Source of the DNA: Flectonema sp. DT1601
Lineage: Eukaryota
Assembly: GCA_964019425.1 (NCBI GenBank)
Contig: OZ025798.1
Span: 1,116,001-1,180,000 of the forward strand
DNA length: 64,000 nucleotides
Direction of reading: 5' to 3'
The notes beneath the pieces were generated by a model. It was given only the letters and a program-made list of their open reading frames with translations. It was not told the origin of the DNA and did not search any database. Positions 47,492 through 59,580 of the stretch are shown here, in pieces; position 1 is the first letter of the stretch, and each line of letters begins with the position of its first letter. The position numbers were made by a program, and so were the translations under genes.

Positions 47492-48656
47492 ATTCAGTTT
47501 TTGGATTTTTCTAACTAATAAAAAACTAACTAAACGGCTGTTTAAGTTTTTTTTTTTTTTTTGTTTTAGTGTTCGCAGTGCGCCGACATATATATGTCAT
47601 TCCAAATAGCCTTCCTATGTGACTACTATAAATATACAGGAGGGAACTAACGACGCATAAAAAACCATAGAGTGAATGGAATTCATTCCCTAGCAGATTA
47701 TTGAGGCATCCCCCTGTTGATTACACTCAACGTCTATTGGTTGGTGCTTCCTATTTAAACTGACGGAGTGCAATCCTTTTCAATTGGTCCGATTCTCACT
47801 TTAAAATGATAGAAGTTGATTGTTTGGTTTTGTTTGAATATCCAAATCGTGCGAGGAAGACGATGTTACTTTTGTTTGGTCTTTCTGTTTATTTGAATTG
47901 AGCCAATCGAGCATCATTTTTTTTATTCACTCTTTTCTGAAAAAATCTTCAGATTGGGCCTTATATTGTTGATCACAGGCAGAATCCTGTCGCACGGGAG
48001 AATGATCGCGATATAAATATCGGCTTTATCTGAATAGCTTTTTCCCGCACTTCGAAAGGGAAATTTCTTTTATTTCTTTTTTTTTTTTTTTATAATTCAA
48101 TTTGTGTCTTTAAAAAAAAAGTTAAAAAAAAAAAAACACATCATCCATGCAAACGTTCTATATTTCTGAAAGATTTTCCTTGATTTTTTCGTATAAAAAA
48201 GGATCCAATATTTTTTTTTTTTTTTTTTTTGAAAATAAAATTATTATTTACTAATGATGTATTCTGACTTTTTGACCTGGGACCCTTTTTCAGTCCTAAT
48301 TCCTAAAATTATGTTCGGTTTTCTACTTAATACTTCGCCTATTAGCCTGCTACATGGAATATTTTTGTGGCTAATTCATCAGTCAACTCGAAGGTTAAAT
48401 CCCCTTAAGTGTTCTTAGCAAAGGGCTTTCTCTGACGGATACCTTTCTGTATCTGCATTGCTGTGTGAATGTGTCTTACGGATGGTAGCAAACCTGTGGT
48501 CACGTCAAACTATATAAACCTTTCCTTTTTTTTCCCTTTAGTCTTAAAATTTTTGTCTGCACGCTTTTTATTAACTAAGTACGTTTGTTATAATAAATCT
48601 CACTTATCTTACAGCCCTTTGCTGCTCTGCTAATATAGAAATGCTCCAACTCGTAA

Positions 48657-51600
48657 ATGAAATTATTTGAACCTCTGGTGGAAACCGAAGATGGATCCTC
48701 CGTAAAAAATAACATCTATGAAAGGCTCCCTCCGAGAAATTTAAAAGGGAAAGTAAAAGAAGATGAAGAATGCTTTGCGACGGAAAAGATTGAAAAAATG
48801 AATGACTTTGAGGGTCTGGATTACTGGCCTCCAAAGAATGAAGCGCAGGAGGACACGCCAGAGGTTGCTAGTGACGAGCACTTAAGAGCAAAGTGGTTGT
48901 GCTTTGCATTTATTGGATTATGTTTAGCCTTAGTAAGTTTTACAATGAAACAAAGTATCGAAGGAATAATTCTAGCGCGAGAAGATCTCGTAGCTGATAT
49001 CGTCCTTCACGGGACGGTCCACGAGGAAGTTGACATTTCTATGAGTCAACCATCGGTACAGCAGCCAATCGTGACATCACCGCCTGTCAGCAAGGAGACA
49101 TTTGTTGCCAATTGTACCACACCCGATAATGAGGAGTGCACCTGCACACCCCCCGAACCAACAGTGACTATGCCTGCAACAGTTAATCATCGCATTGTCC
49201 CAACAATAAATTATGTCAAGGGTTGGGCTTTCTGGGCTGGCAGCAGTTGCCTTCTCGTACTCATCGCTTCTTGTATTGTCGTATTCATAGAGCCAGCTGC
49301 TAGTAGTTCTGGTTTACCAGAAGTGATGGCATACTTGAATGGAATTCAATTGAAAAAGGGTCTCGGTAGGCGTGTTGTAGTTTGCAAGTACCTGTCGTGT
49401 CTATTTGCTGTAGCAAGTGGTCTACCTGTTGGACCTGAAGGTCCGATGATCCATTTGGGTGCAATGGTTGGAGCGATACTGACGCAGTCTAAGGACAGCT
49501 CGTTTGGATTCCGAAGAAGGTTTATTTCGGAGGGTGCAAATCGCAAGTTTCGTAGTACTCGCGAAAGACGTGACTTCATCGCGTGTGGAGCAGCCGCTGG
49601 TGTTTCCGCGGCTTTTGGAGCCCCCATGGGTGGTCTTTTATTTGTTATGGAAGAGGTAGCTACCTATTGGGATACGTCTTTAACGTGGTTAATATTCTTC
49701 GGTACAATGATTGCATTCTTTTTCTCAGCACTTCTGATGAGTCTCTTCCACGGATGGAAGCCAACTGGACACGTCTTTGGTGAGCTGACTCAAACAGCGC
49801 AGGTTCTATTTCAGCCTCTTGTTTTAGCCAGAGTAGAAGTTCATATTTTAATAATCATACCTGCTGTCGTTATTGGTGTGATTTGTGGATTCTTAGCAGT
49901 CTTGTTTACCAAAATCAACTTACGGATTGCAGGGTATGTTTTAATTGCTTATTTTTCATACATATCTGGTTAACCAACAACAACAACAACAAAAACAGCT
50001 GGAGACGTAGAGTCATCGCCCCCAACAAATACCTTCGCGTTATTGAACCTTTTTTTCTCGCTTTAGTTTACGGTACTGTGACTTTCGTAATACCGATGTT
50101 TGCTCATTGTCGGAGTGTATGTTATTTATTTCATCCCTAATATGTGTATGCGAGTCTACCGCGAAAAAGCTTTATATAAAAAAAAAACCCCAACAGAATT
50201 ACTCTGCACACAGTGGACCTGCTACCCCAGGAGAGATCGAAGCTGAGGGTGCATTCATCGGATTTCATTGCGACTCTCAGTCTGAGATGTCTCCACTGGC
50301 TACTTTAACAATGAATAGTGGAGAGACGGTAATAAAGCATTTATTTAGTAAAGGTACCTCTGCATCGTTTCCAGGAGGGACAGTGTTTGTGTATATGTTG
50401 TTGTATTTTTGTTTTTCAGCATACGCTGCTGGTAATACGTATGCTTCGGGAGTAGTAATTCCGATACTTGTGATTGGATCAGCTACTGGAAGAACACTCG
50501 GAGAGATCGCCCGCTCAGTACTGCCTAACGTGGTTGGAAATGTCGATTTTATCGATCCGGGAACATTCGCGCTATTGGGAGCAGCAGCATTCTTTGCTGG
50601 TGTCTCAAGACTTACTGTGTCTCTTGCTGTTATTATGGTTGAATTGAGTAATGAACTTTACTGGCTTCCTGCTATGATGTGCTCAATTATTATTGCTAAA
50701 TGGGTTGCTGACTACTACAGTCATTCTCTTTATCACGCAATTATTAAAATGAATAATATGCCATTCCTAGATTCTCAACACGTTCAAGCGCCTCATCTTT
50801 CTAATCACACAGCATTAGAGGTTGCGACTCATCCAGTTGTTGTAGTTTATGAAGAAGAAGAGATGAGTGTTTTAATTGATATCTTAAAGACGAGGCATAA
50901 TGGGTTTCCAGTTGTAGCAGAAGACGGCAGACTGATAGGAATTATAATGAGAATCCAAATAGAAATGTTAGTACTCGCTCAGATTCAAAAAATAGACTTG
51001 TCTTGCGGACTTAATCCAGATACTGAAATGGCACGCGGACTGATTGAAGCAGCTGAACCCCGCGGTAACACTGACGACAGGCTTGCATCATTACTACAGA
51101 CTTGCAGCCTACTGTCAAACGCTCAACTCGAAAAAATAATTTCTTGTCGACGTTACTACTCAAAGTGTCCGTTCTTTGTTAATAAAGACTTTCGTTTATC
51201 TCTAGCTTTTATTATGTTCCAAAGTTTAGGTCTCAGACATCTGATTGTTGTTAACAGTCGTCAACAAGTGATAGGAATGATCACAAGAAAGGATTTGTGT
51301 TGTGTTGATGATCGGCTGAAACAGAGGAACCTTTTAGAAACAGAAACACTGTCTCCACAGCATCGGAGAAGGCTTGAGCACACTCACGGAGGTTCATTCT
51401 TTGAAGGAGCGTTAGTACGAAAGAAGTCAAAAAGAAAGAAATCAAGTGCAGGTGTTGTAATACCCACAGAGTCGGTTGATTCAGACAGCAGTGATGACGG
51501 CAGCCCACAATTTCGACCAGCGTTAGCCACCGCGTCAATGGGAGTACCTCCTTCTAAGTATTCACAAAATAATACAACTCTTCCTTTGCAGTCAATTTTA

Positions 51601-52131
51601 AACCCAACTACTTCATTTCAACTTCCTAATCGAAGACCTTCTGCAGCCCTTCAGAGCCTCGCTAATACAAGTGCTAATGGTTTTGGTTACCACACTCAAA
51701 GTGTTGGTAGTGATAGTCCTCAGACGGATTACTTAACGAGGGCGCAAATCAAAACCGCTCGTTCAGATAGCGGGAGTCCTGGAACATCACCAGCACGAAA
51801 AAATATGCTTGAAAACCCTCAGCAAGGTGTGTTCTCCAATGCGACGTTGTTACCAACTCTCGGAGGTAGTCAGAAAGCTGGTATCCTAACGAGTGACAGT
51901 GGAGGTTTGGGTCTGCAGTCACAACAAAATGGTGTCTTGTTGCCTTCACTTGATCCTCAACAACCTTTGGAAGATGACCAGCGACTTGCATTCTTACTCG
52001 GTGAGAAGACAAAGAGAACGACAACTATTTCAAATGAGAACATCAGACTGCAGCAGGAACTTGATGAAGCTTACCGCGAGTTAGAATTCCAACAGCTCCA
52101 AACAGATAGCCGAAACCCACTCTTACAGTAG
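48657..52131 (+). CDS. CLC chloride channel / Cl-/H+ antiporter (CLC-6/7-like) with CBS domains; join(48657..49933,49999..50116,50197..52131)
   Basis: SSGLPEV, GPEGPMIH (gating Glu), GGLLFVMEE (proton Glu), GVSRLTVSL; CBS motifs HNGFPVV and LGLRHLIVV. Two introns restore the frame. Confidence 0.92.
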
Positions 52132-53183
52132 AGCATTTAGGTTTTGTAGGCAAACCTTTACTTCCCTCACTTCCCTGATTCCGTTTGTTGTGTTATTTGT
52201 TGTTTCGTTTTTTCTGTTGTCCGACAACCGTCAGATATGTCCAAAACAATCTTTTTTAATAAATAAGACTTTTTTATAATTTTCGCAAAAAAAAATAACC
52301 AGCTTACAGATTCCTACTTTGGCTGGTCTCTTTAGTAATATACTGAGGAAGAAGTTTCTATGGCTTTCCGTAAAGGTGATCTTGTTCTGCATCGAACTCG
52401 AGGTGTGCCACAGCAGCGGAGCTGTAAAAGTGTCAATCAGGAGGAGAATTTCTTATTATTTTTTTTTCTCTCTTAATTTTGTCTTTCCAAGCCGTGTTTG
52501 ATTTCCTTTACTACATAAAAAGTAAAGAGTTTTGTTCATTTTGTCTTCTTCACTATGTTTTTTTTTTTTTTCTTCTTATTCGCAACCAATTCCCCCACGA
52601 TCAAAAAAAAAAAAAAAAAAAAAACACACACACACCCATTTTTTTTTGTATGGTTGCTCTTAAGCGCTTGTAGCAGGGAAGACTGTAGTAAACAAGCAAC
52701 CTGTCGTTGTCTTTATTTTTTTTTTAAAAAATTTATTATTTTACTATAATAACAAAAAAAAATAAAAAAATACCAATAACGGTATGTCGTACTGGATTGT
52801 TAATTAATTATTTCATCACTTTTCTTCCGTAATAAATGTTTACATCAGATGTACTTGAATGATTGTTGTTTTCCATCCTAGTATCGCTTTGTGTCTGTCT
52901 AAATCTATATAAAATACACCTTGTCAAATCCAAGGCTAAATATAAGTAAAAGTATTATAGCCCTCTGGGTACAAAAGTCCTTCAATAAGGCAGGTGTTTG
53001 TTTTTTTTTATTATTAATTATTATAAGGCATTCGGTTACTGTCAAAACAAAGCAATCAGGATGTTCCTGTGAAGAAGGGAAATCCTATGTATTAGAAGCT
53101 ACAGAAAAACGAAATATTGTTCCTTTTATAATCTGAGTCACATACACTATTCATACTATTCATCAGGTTGGAGGACGTTTTAA

Positions 53184-55019
53184 ATGGGCAAACCGGGCGG
53201 GGCAAGGAGAGTCCTCGTCCCTAGACTGGCTGATGATCGAAATTCAAACAGTCATCTTGCTAGTCAGGTCTCTGCAGCACCTCAGCCCGTAGTAAAAGTT
53301 CCTCAGAAACTCTCGTCAGACAGTTCGGAATCTGACGGAAGTGGAGATGAAATGACTGTAGAAGCTGTCTTAAAAGTGTTGGGAAAAGTTGGAAAAGGAA
53401 GAGCAACACCGAGCAAGCCTTCATGGGGAAGGCTAGTTGCTCCAACGTTTCACCGAGTTCCAACTCCCCCGACTGAGGGTAGTCTAAGCTCTGAGGGTGA
53501 AGGAAGGAAGCGAACAATGCGGTCTCAGTCTCACAGGACTGCTGCTCAAACACATCGAGCGATGGAATCAATTTCTGAACGTGGGCGCACAGTTTCACTA
53601 CCTGAGCCTCCATGTGCTTCGAAAGCGAAGGTGTGGGAGGACAACGACTGGACTTGCAGTGTGTCTACGGAGCCAGAAGTCAAGTTGTGGATACCAACTG
53701 ATGTAATTAGAAGTTATTTGATTCCCTGGTTAGACTATCCCTCACTGTTATCATGTGAAAGAGTTTGTAAGGTTTGGAGGTGTTGTGTGGAGGAAGCGAA
53801 CTGTAAAGACATTGTGATGTCGAAATTCATGAACGACATGGAAGGCATAAAACTCACTTTAGAAAACTACTGCAACACCTGGGTAGACAGCATTGATAAG
53901 CTTTCAACACAAACACTTAAAAGACAAATAACTACCTGGAAATTTGAACGTGTTAGTCACGTTACTCTATTCCATACTATTGTAAGTCATGATATGGCAA
54001 CGAGATTGAGAATCTGTTTAAGGAATAATCATTTATCATCTTGTCCAGCTGCACCTACTGGTGACTCGGCTGCCATGTATCACGAACTGTTATTTCGATT
54101 CTTTTCTTACAGAGCTCTTACTGACAGAATGAATTCTTTAGTAGAGCCATTGGAAGCAGAGTTACAATCGCTCTTATCACTTGAGTCAATTAGAACACAA
54201 TCAGCTGGCTACGATCGTTACTGTGAGGGAAGTCATCAACTCTCAGATATGACTGTCTTGGGTTCCCAGGGTCAGGTCTTCGTGAGATCGTTGATGCCTG
54301 CAACTCGACACGTTTTATTAAATTTAATAAAAAACCTACCTGCCTGTGATGATGAAATACTACCGACTCCGATACCGATCATCGAAACTCACAAATATCA
54401 TCGAAGCTCTCACAGACGACCTGCTGAAGCAGAGAAGAACTGGATGACGAGATTATGCACCGACCACGTGATGTATTTTCTTGGAAGTATAACAAAGATG
54501 GTAATTTCTAACTTGTTAAAAGGATTTATACCTCTTCGGTTTTTACTAAACCCAATGATCATAATTAATGAAGAAGATATAGAAAGAGTAATCTGCGCTA
54601 TACGAGACTGGGAGATTGACATCATTCAACCAGCTGTAGTCAGATTTACTGAAGACCGACAACGTCGAAACACATACTCATCGTATCTGAAGGCGACTTC
54701 TCATATAATTTATATCTTGAAAGAGACTCGTGAACTTGTTGCGGAAACTCGAGATCTTCAAACTCTCGATCCGGAATCGCATTCTATTGGTGAAGTAATC
54801 AAATCGATTAGAGAGCCTTTATTACTTTTGGAAGCTGATCAAAAATATCCAAATTTATTTAGTTTATCAGCAAGACGATCTTTTGAACAATTAAGAAATA
54901 GAGCTAAAGGTCAGCTTAGACATGCTCGTCAACTTCTACTTCAAAAAAGAGATTTAGAAACGATGAAAACAAATTGGGAACAGGCAGTTAGAAAGTCATT
55001 TGAAACTCACCTAATCTGA
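53184..55019 (+). CDS. F-box domain protein
   Basis: IPTDVIRSYLIPWLDYPSLLSCERVCKVWR fits the F-box consensus. Confidence 0.75.
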   Translation: MGKPGGARRVLVPRLADDRNSNSHLASQVSAAPQPVVKVPQKLSSDSSESDGSGDEMTVEAVLKVLGKVGKGRATPSKPSWGRLVAPTFHRVPTPPTEGSLSSEGEGRKRTMRSQSHRTAAQTHRAMESISERGRTVSLPEPPCASKAKVWEDNDWTCSVSTEPEVKLWIPTDVIRSYLIPWLDYPSLLSCERVCKVWRCCVEEANCKDIVMSKFMNDMEGIKLTLENYCNTWVDSIDKLSTQTLKRQITTWKFERVSHVTLFHTIVSHDMATRLRICLRNNHLSSCPAAPTGDSAAMYHELLFRFFSYRALTDRMNSLVEPLEAELQSLLSLESIRTQSAGYDRYCEGSHQLSDMTVLGSQGQVFVRSLMPATRHVLLNLIKNLPACDDEILPTPIPIIETHKYHRSSHRRPAEAEKNWMTRLCTDHVMYFLGSITKMVISNLLKGFIPLRFLLNPMIIINEEDIERVICAIRDWEIDIIQPAVVRFTEDRQRRNTYSSYLKATSHIIYILKETRELVAETRDLQTLDPESHSIGEVIKSIREPLLLLEADQKYPNLFSLSARRSFEQLRNRAKGQLRHARQLLLQKRDLETMKTNWEQAVRKSFETHLI

Positions 55020-55621
55020 ATTCTGAAATACTTTAAGTTATTGTTATTATAATTACGCGTGTATCTTGACCTTGTTGGACATGTTCTTAAAATGTGCGAA
55101 CTGCATAACATTATTATCGAGATGTGTCTGTGTTTGTTGAAGCAACTTCTGTTGCAAACTAACAGCAAATCGCTCAGACACTAATGTTCGTGCAGTTTGC
55201 TTGAAATAGAACTTGTTATTATTATTCGTTCTTCGTGTCTTGTGTCGTAATTTCCCTTTTTTTTTTTTTTTTTTTTTTTCGTTCTTTTTTTCATTCTTTT
55301 TTTTACACATCATTTCATTTAGTTGGTGTTTTTATTATTGTTATTGCCTGTTGCAACAGTCAGTTGGCTCTACCAGCTGGTGTGCATATCTCTTGTGTTG
55401 CTTAAATTCTAAAAGAAGCAATGAAATACAACACTAATTACATTGTTTTAATAACACAACAAATAAAGGCAGCGTGGCTTCATGCAACTTACTTTCTTAC
55501 TCCCTGAGTTACGTGACGAGAGCTGCAAACTACTTGGGGGGCATATCTGATAATTACAAGTGAGACCGTTTATGTTAATTCTATTCTTCTTTTACTTAGG
55601 TGAGATGGTGTTATAAAAACA

Positions 55622-56404
55622 ATGACCGCTATCCCCGCATCTACAGGAATCTGTTACGGGGGGCAGCACAAAGAGCTAGCAAAGTACGTTAAGAAATTAA
55701 TTCTGATTCACAATGTAGAAAGTGTTGATGCTGTATCTCCTAGTGTTCTTGGACACCAACCAGACTGGAGAGTTGGATTAACAGCAAAGGGAGCAAAACA
55801 TGCATCGACTCTCGGTAGAAAGCTAAGTAATGTGCTAAAGAATAAAGGTCCAGTTTTCTTTTATGTCAGTCCGTATGAACGTGCGAAGCAGACTTATATC
55901 GGACTTCGGTCATCGTTACCGAAATCAATTGAAGTTAACGGAGCGAAGGAAGAGCCTCGTCTTGTGGATCAACAAGTTGGAAATTATCAAAACCCACAAC
56001 TAACATCTCTATCAGAACTTAGAAGAAGGTATGGAAAGTTCTTTTTCCGATACCGAGAAGGAGAAAGTGGAGCTGACGTTTACAGCAGAGTATCAGCATT
56101 CATTGAGAATGTATCTCGAGACGTTAAGAAGATGGGACGAGGACGAGATCAAACAATTGCTGTTGTGTCTCACGGGATGCCTCTTCGTTGTTTAATAATG
56201 CGACTCTTCGACATGTCCATTGATGATTTCGAAAAGATGGTTTCTCCGTTGAGCGGATCCATTGTGGTTCTCACACGGGGAGAGAATAATTTTTATCAAA
56301 TAGATGGCCTTTCAAGGCATGCTATGCGATTTCCAGAAGTCGTTGCCTGTCCTACCCACGGTCTTGACTGCAGAGTAGGCAAAGCACCGACTGGAGTCAA
56401 ATAA
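55622..56404 (+). CDS. Histidine phosphatase (PGM-like, Det1-type) family protein, probably catalytically inactive
   Basis: YVSPYERAKQT, EEPRL, FFFRYREGESGADVYSRV and VVSHG are present, but the RHG motif reads HNV. Confidence 0.85.
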   Translation: MTAIPASTGICYGGQHKELAKYVKKLILIHNVESVDAVSPSVLGHQPDWRVGLTAKGAKHASTLGRKLSNVLKNKGPVFFYVSPYERAKQTYIGLRSSLPKSIEVNGAKEEPRLVDQQVGNYQNPQLTSLSELRRRYGKFFFRYREGESGADVYSRVSAFIENVSRDVKKMGRGRDQTIAVVSHGMPLRCLIMRLFDMSIDDFEKMVSPLSGSIVVLTRGENNFYQIDGLSRHAMRFPEVVACPTHGLDCRVGKAPTGVK

Positions 56405-56866
56405 ATCTCACTCAGCATGCTGTGTGATTCGTAGAATTTTATCGTGTCTGCCAGACTCAAAAAGTGACACCAAACCCGTAAGTTATTCAATGAAAAAAAG
56501 TTTTATTTCCCGTTATTGTTATTTTTTGTTGTTTTTTTGCTATTTTTTTTTTTTGCTTGTGTGCTCACACAATTGTTCTATATCTCTTTTCTATGTGCAA
56601 GGTCTGGTGTTTGGTTTTTAGTTTTTTTTTAATAAGAAGAAAACGAACCGAAAAAGCTTTAGACCTCCTTATAATATTTATTAAGCTGCGGGATCATATT
56701 CGTTGAGCTTAGTAATGGTGTCGAAAAAACGTAATTTTTTTTTTTCCCTCATTACTACGGTAATTTGTGTTGTTTTTCTTTTTTTGTAAAGTCCAACACA
56801 GTAGTCACGTTATCACAGTAATATAAAAAAAATAATTAAAAAAAAAAAAAAAATTGAAGTAAAACA

Positions 56867-57538
56867 ATGAGCGTATTAAATCCAAAATGGATAACTGTCT
56901 CTTATGCAAGAAAGCTTTGTGGAGGTTATTGGTTACTTATGAATTCATCCGAAAAAGGTGATGTGTTAATGGGAATAGAAAAGGGTCCTCCAGATCGACT
57001 CATTGAAGATGGATGGAATGGAATGGAAGAAGTTGACAGCGAAGACTCCATCTCAACCAAGTCAAGCGGAGAAGATATTTTAATTTTAAATACCTCCGTT
57101 TGCATTTTTGCTGTCATCTTATCTGCTTCGGTTGCTTGCATTTCCAGTTTTCATAATTTAAATAACATGTTGTACTTCAAATCCAGAGTACGAACTCTCC
57201 GATTGAAAGAACGCTCCCGACTATGTCGCTTATCAGTAATCCGAAAGAAGCTCAGCAGCTATCAATACAGAGGAGCGCTTGTTGATATTTGTAACGCAAA
57301 TGTTCTTAAAGATATGTCTTCTAAAAGAATAGAAGGATACGTTAGCGATGAGGATTATCTTAATACATCTGTTGTGTCTCGGTGTTCTTATTCTGTTGAA
57401 AAGATTAAAGAATATTCAACTTCAGAGAGATCTTGTCCGCATCTTTTCAACTTTTTTGATCAGCGCTGGTCGTCTCAAACTCCGAAGTCTATTAGTAGCA
57501 ATGGAAGAAGGCTGTCGTTACCTCTCTATCTCAGGTGA
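56867..57538 (+). CDS. Hypothetical single-pass membrane protein
   Basis: 223-aa ORF with one hydrophobic segment (SVCIFAVILSASVACI). Confidence 0.55.
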   Translation: MSVLNPKWITVSYARKLCGGYWLLMNSSEKGDVLMGIEKGPPDRLIEDGWNGMEEVDSEDSISTKSSGEDILILNTSVCIFAVILSASVACISSFHNLNNMLYFKSRVRTLRLKERSRLCRLSVIRKKLSSYQYRGALVDICNANVLKDMSSKRIEGYVSDEDYLNTSVVSRCSYSVEKIKEYSTSERSCPHLFNFFDQRWSSQTPKSISSNGRRLSLPLYLR

Positions 57539-57735
57539 TATCTATTTACACTGTAAAATCTGCTTTAGCAGTTTTTTTATTTTATTGTTTTTTTTCGATG
57601 TGTTTCGTTTAAAAAAAAAAAATATGTATCATTATTAATTTCAGCACAGCTAGACTTTGTACAAAAAAAGGAAGGGAGAAAATGTTGTGAGGAATTCTTT
57701 TAAATTATAAAATTGATTCCCGTCAACATTGCTAA

Positions 57736-58314
57736 ATGTCGGGTGAATTAGAAATTATCATCATTGTCCTCTTGGTTAACGTTTCCCTAGCACTGTGTTG
57801 CATTGCCATATACGTTCACTTTTTAATGCGAAAGAAGAAGCAGCATGCGTACCAAAGCAACATAAATAGTAATATAGAAGGAATGTGGAGAGGAGGTGAT
57901 GGTATTCATCTCTTTAAAATAGAGCAGTGTGAGGGATTTTATATGTGGAAACACTGCGATGATGCTGGTGATGATGTAAGAGGTCAACTTGAGAAGTCTG
58001 ATGATCAATTTGGTGAGAGATTTGTTTATTATTGTGAGTTATCAAATGGAATAAAAGTATATCTCTGTGACCCTTGTGAAGAGAATCAAGTTATGAGTTT
58101 AAAGCTTGTTTTGAGCGACAAGTCTGTTGTCGATGTAGATGCTCGTCGTTGGGCAACAGAACTCGAAAGCTCGATTATTACTGACACGTCTTCACAACTT
58201 CAAGAGCAACCTCTCAATCCTCCTCCTCCTCCTGCTATTCAACCACATCAACAATCGAGTAAAGAACGATCTTTTGCAGGTGTCTCTGATGGTTGGCAAC
58301 TTTCCCATGCTTGA
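57736..58314 (+). CDS. Hypothetical N-terminally anchored membrane protein
   Basis: TM IIIIVLLVNVSLALCCIAIYVHFLM followed by the basic stop-transfer sequence RKKKQ. Confidence 0.65.
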   Translation: MSGELEIIIIVLLVNVSLALCCIAIYVHFLMRKKKQHAYQSNINSNIEGMWRGGDGIHLFKIEQCEGFYMWKHCDDAGDDVRGQLEKSDDQFGERFVYYCELSNGIKVYLCDPCEENQVMSLKLVLSDKSVVDVDARRWATELESSIITDTSSQLQEQPLNPPPPPAIQPHQQSSKERSFAGVSDGWQLSHA

Positions 58315-58701
58315 ATAGTTTCTTAGTTTAGTTTTTCCTTCCTTGTTTTAAGTTTAACCTTTTTATCCTTTTATTTGCGTTTTGCAGTTAGCATTCGCAA
58401 TGTTTTCCTTTATATGTCTGTCTTCAGATTCAATTGTGCTAACATAGTAGTCCTATAATAGCTTCCTTACGCTGTCAACTTCTATTTTATTCGAATATTT
58501 GGTACTGTTTTTCAGCCTTTGCAGAAAGTCATTGTGTGAACAACCTTAATGTAATTATTTATCAATAATTATTTATTAAAGTAATCAATTATAACATGTC
58601 TGTTGGTATTGGATGGGAGGATGAATAGATATCAGAATGATATGAAGTAGATTTCATTATTCAATTTTTAATTTTACGATCAGATTGTCCTTATTAATAA
58701 T

Positions 58702-59256
58702 ATGGCAAACATACACACGTTAAATGGAAAGTTAACAACTGGAGTGCCGGTTGTTCCACCAGTTGGATCGTTGGCTGAAAAGAATGCGCTGAAGGCTGCG
58801 AAGTTGAACACTTCAAGTAACCGACCAGTAGTAAAACCAGTTGTACCTGTTGCTACTAACCGTCCCTCGACCTTTCGTAAGCCAGCAATACCAACTGCTG
58901 CTGACTTGATGAAAATTGAAGTCGACAAGAAGCCGGCACCCATTCCAAGAAAGACCCTTCCTCTAAAAGACTCAAAACCTGCCTGGAATTCTGCAGCCTC
59001 TCCTAACCCAATCGAAAAGAAACCAGCAGCAGTTACTCGACCAAAACCCGTATTGAAAGGAACAACTGTACGAGGAACTGGTAAGTGTGGTGCGGCGTTA
59101 CAAGAGCCTGCGAGAGTTTATCAAGGAACAGTCTCAAAGGAAAAGGGATTTGGTCGTGTCGGAGCGAAGGTTGGTAAGAAGGGGAGGGAGGCAGCAGTAT
59201 TAGCTTTTGAAGCCCGTCAGAAAGCCCTGGAGTCGGACAAGGCTGCCCCCAGCTAA
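58702..59256 (+). CDS. Hypothetical basic Pro/Lys/Ala-rich protein
   Basis: 184-aa ORF, GC-richer than its flanks; AG at 58683 after a T-rich tract. Confidence 0.65.
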   Translation: MANIHTLNGKLTTGVPVVPPVGSLAEKNALKAAKLNTSSNRPVVKPVVPVATNRPSTFRKPAIPTAADLMKIEVDKKPAPIPRKTLPLKDSKPAWNSAASPNPIEKKPAAVTRPKPVLKGTTVRGTGKCGAALQEPARVYQGTVSKEKGFGRVGAKVGKKGREAAVLAFEARQKALESDKAAPS

Positions 59257-59580
59257 CGATTCTAAAAGTATCTATTAACATGAAGTAGCTATACGTCTAA
59301 CATCTACGTTTTGGTACGACATAAAGAAAACAGTTTCCGCTCCATTTACAAAGAAAATATCGATTTCCTTACTTTAGTCTTTTCTATTCGTACACCCTAG
59401 CCCTTTTTGAAGAAATATTTTCGTTAGTTGTGTAAGTTATTTATGCACCTCTTTTTGCTTGCTAATTAATTATTCTTTGCCGAATTTATCTGTTCATTAC
59501 TCTAAGTGATATTTCATTCTTATTAATTAGTTAAGTTTATTAATTACGTAACAGATTTTATTTCATTTTCGAATATTAAA

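Noticed and set aside
59253..59275. CTAACGATTCTAAAAGTATC, resembling a kinetoplastid SL 5' end
   Set aside because: It overlaps a stop codon, the match is gapped, and no SL 3' half or donor site follows.
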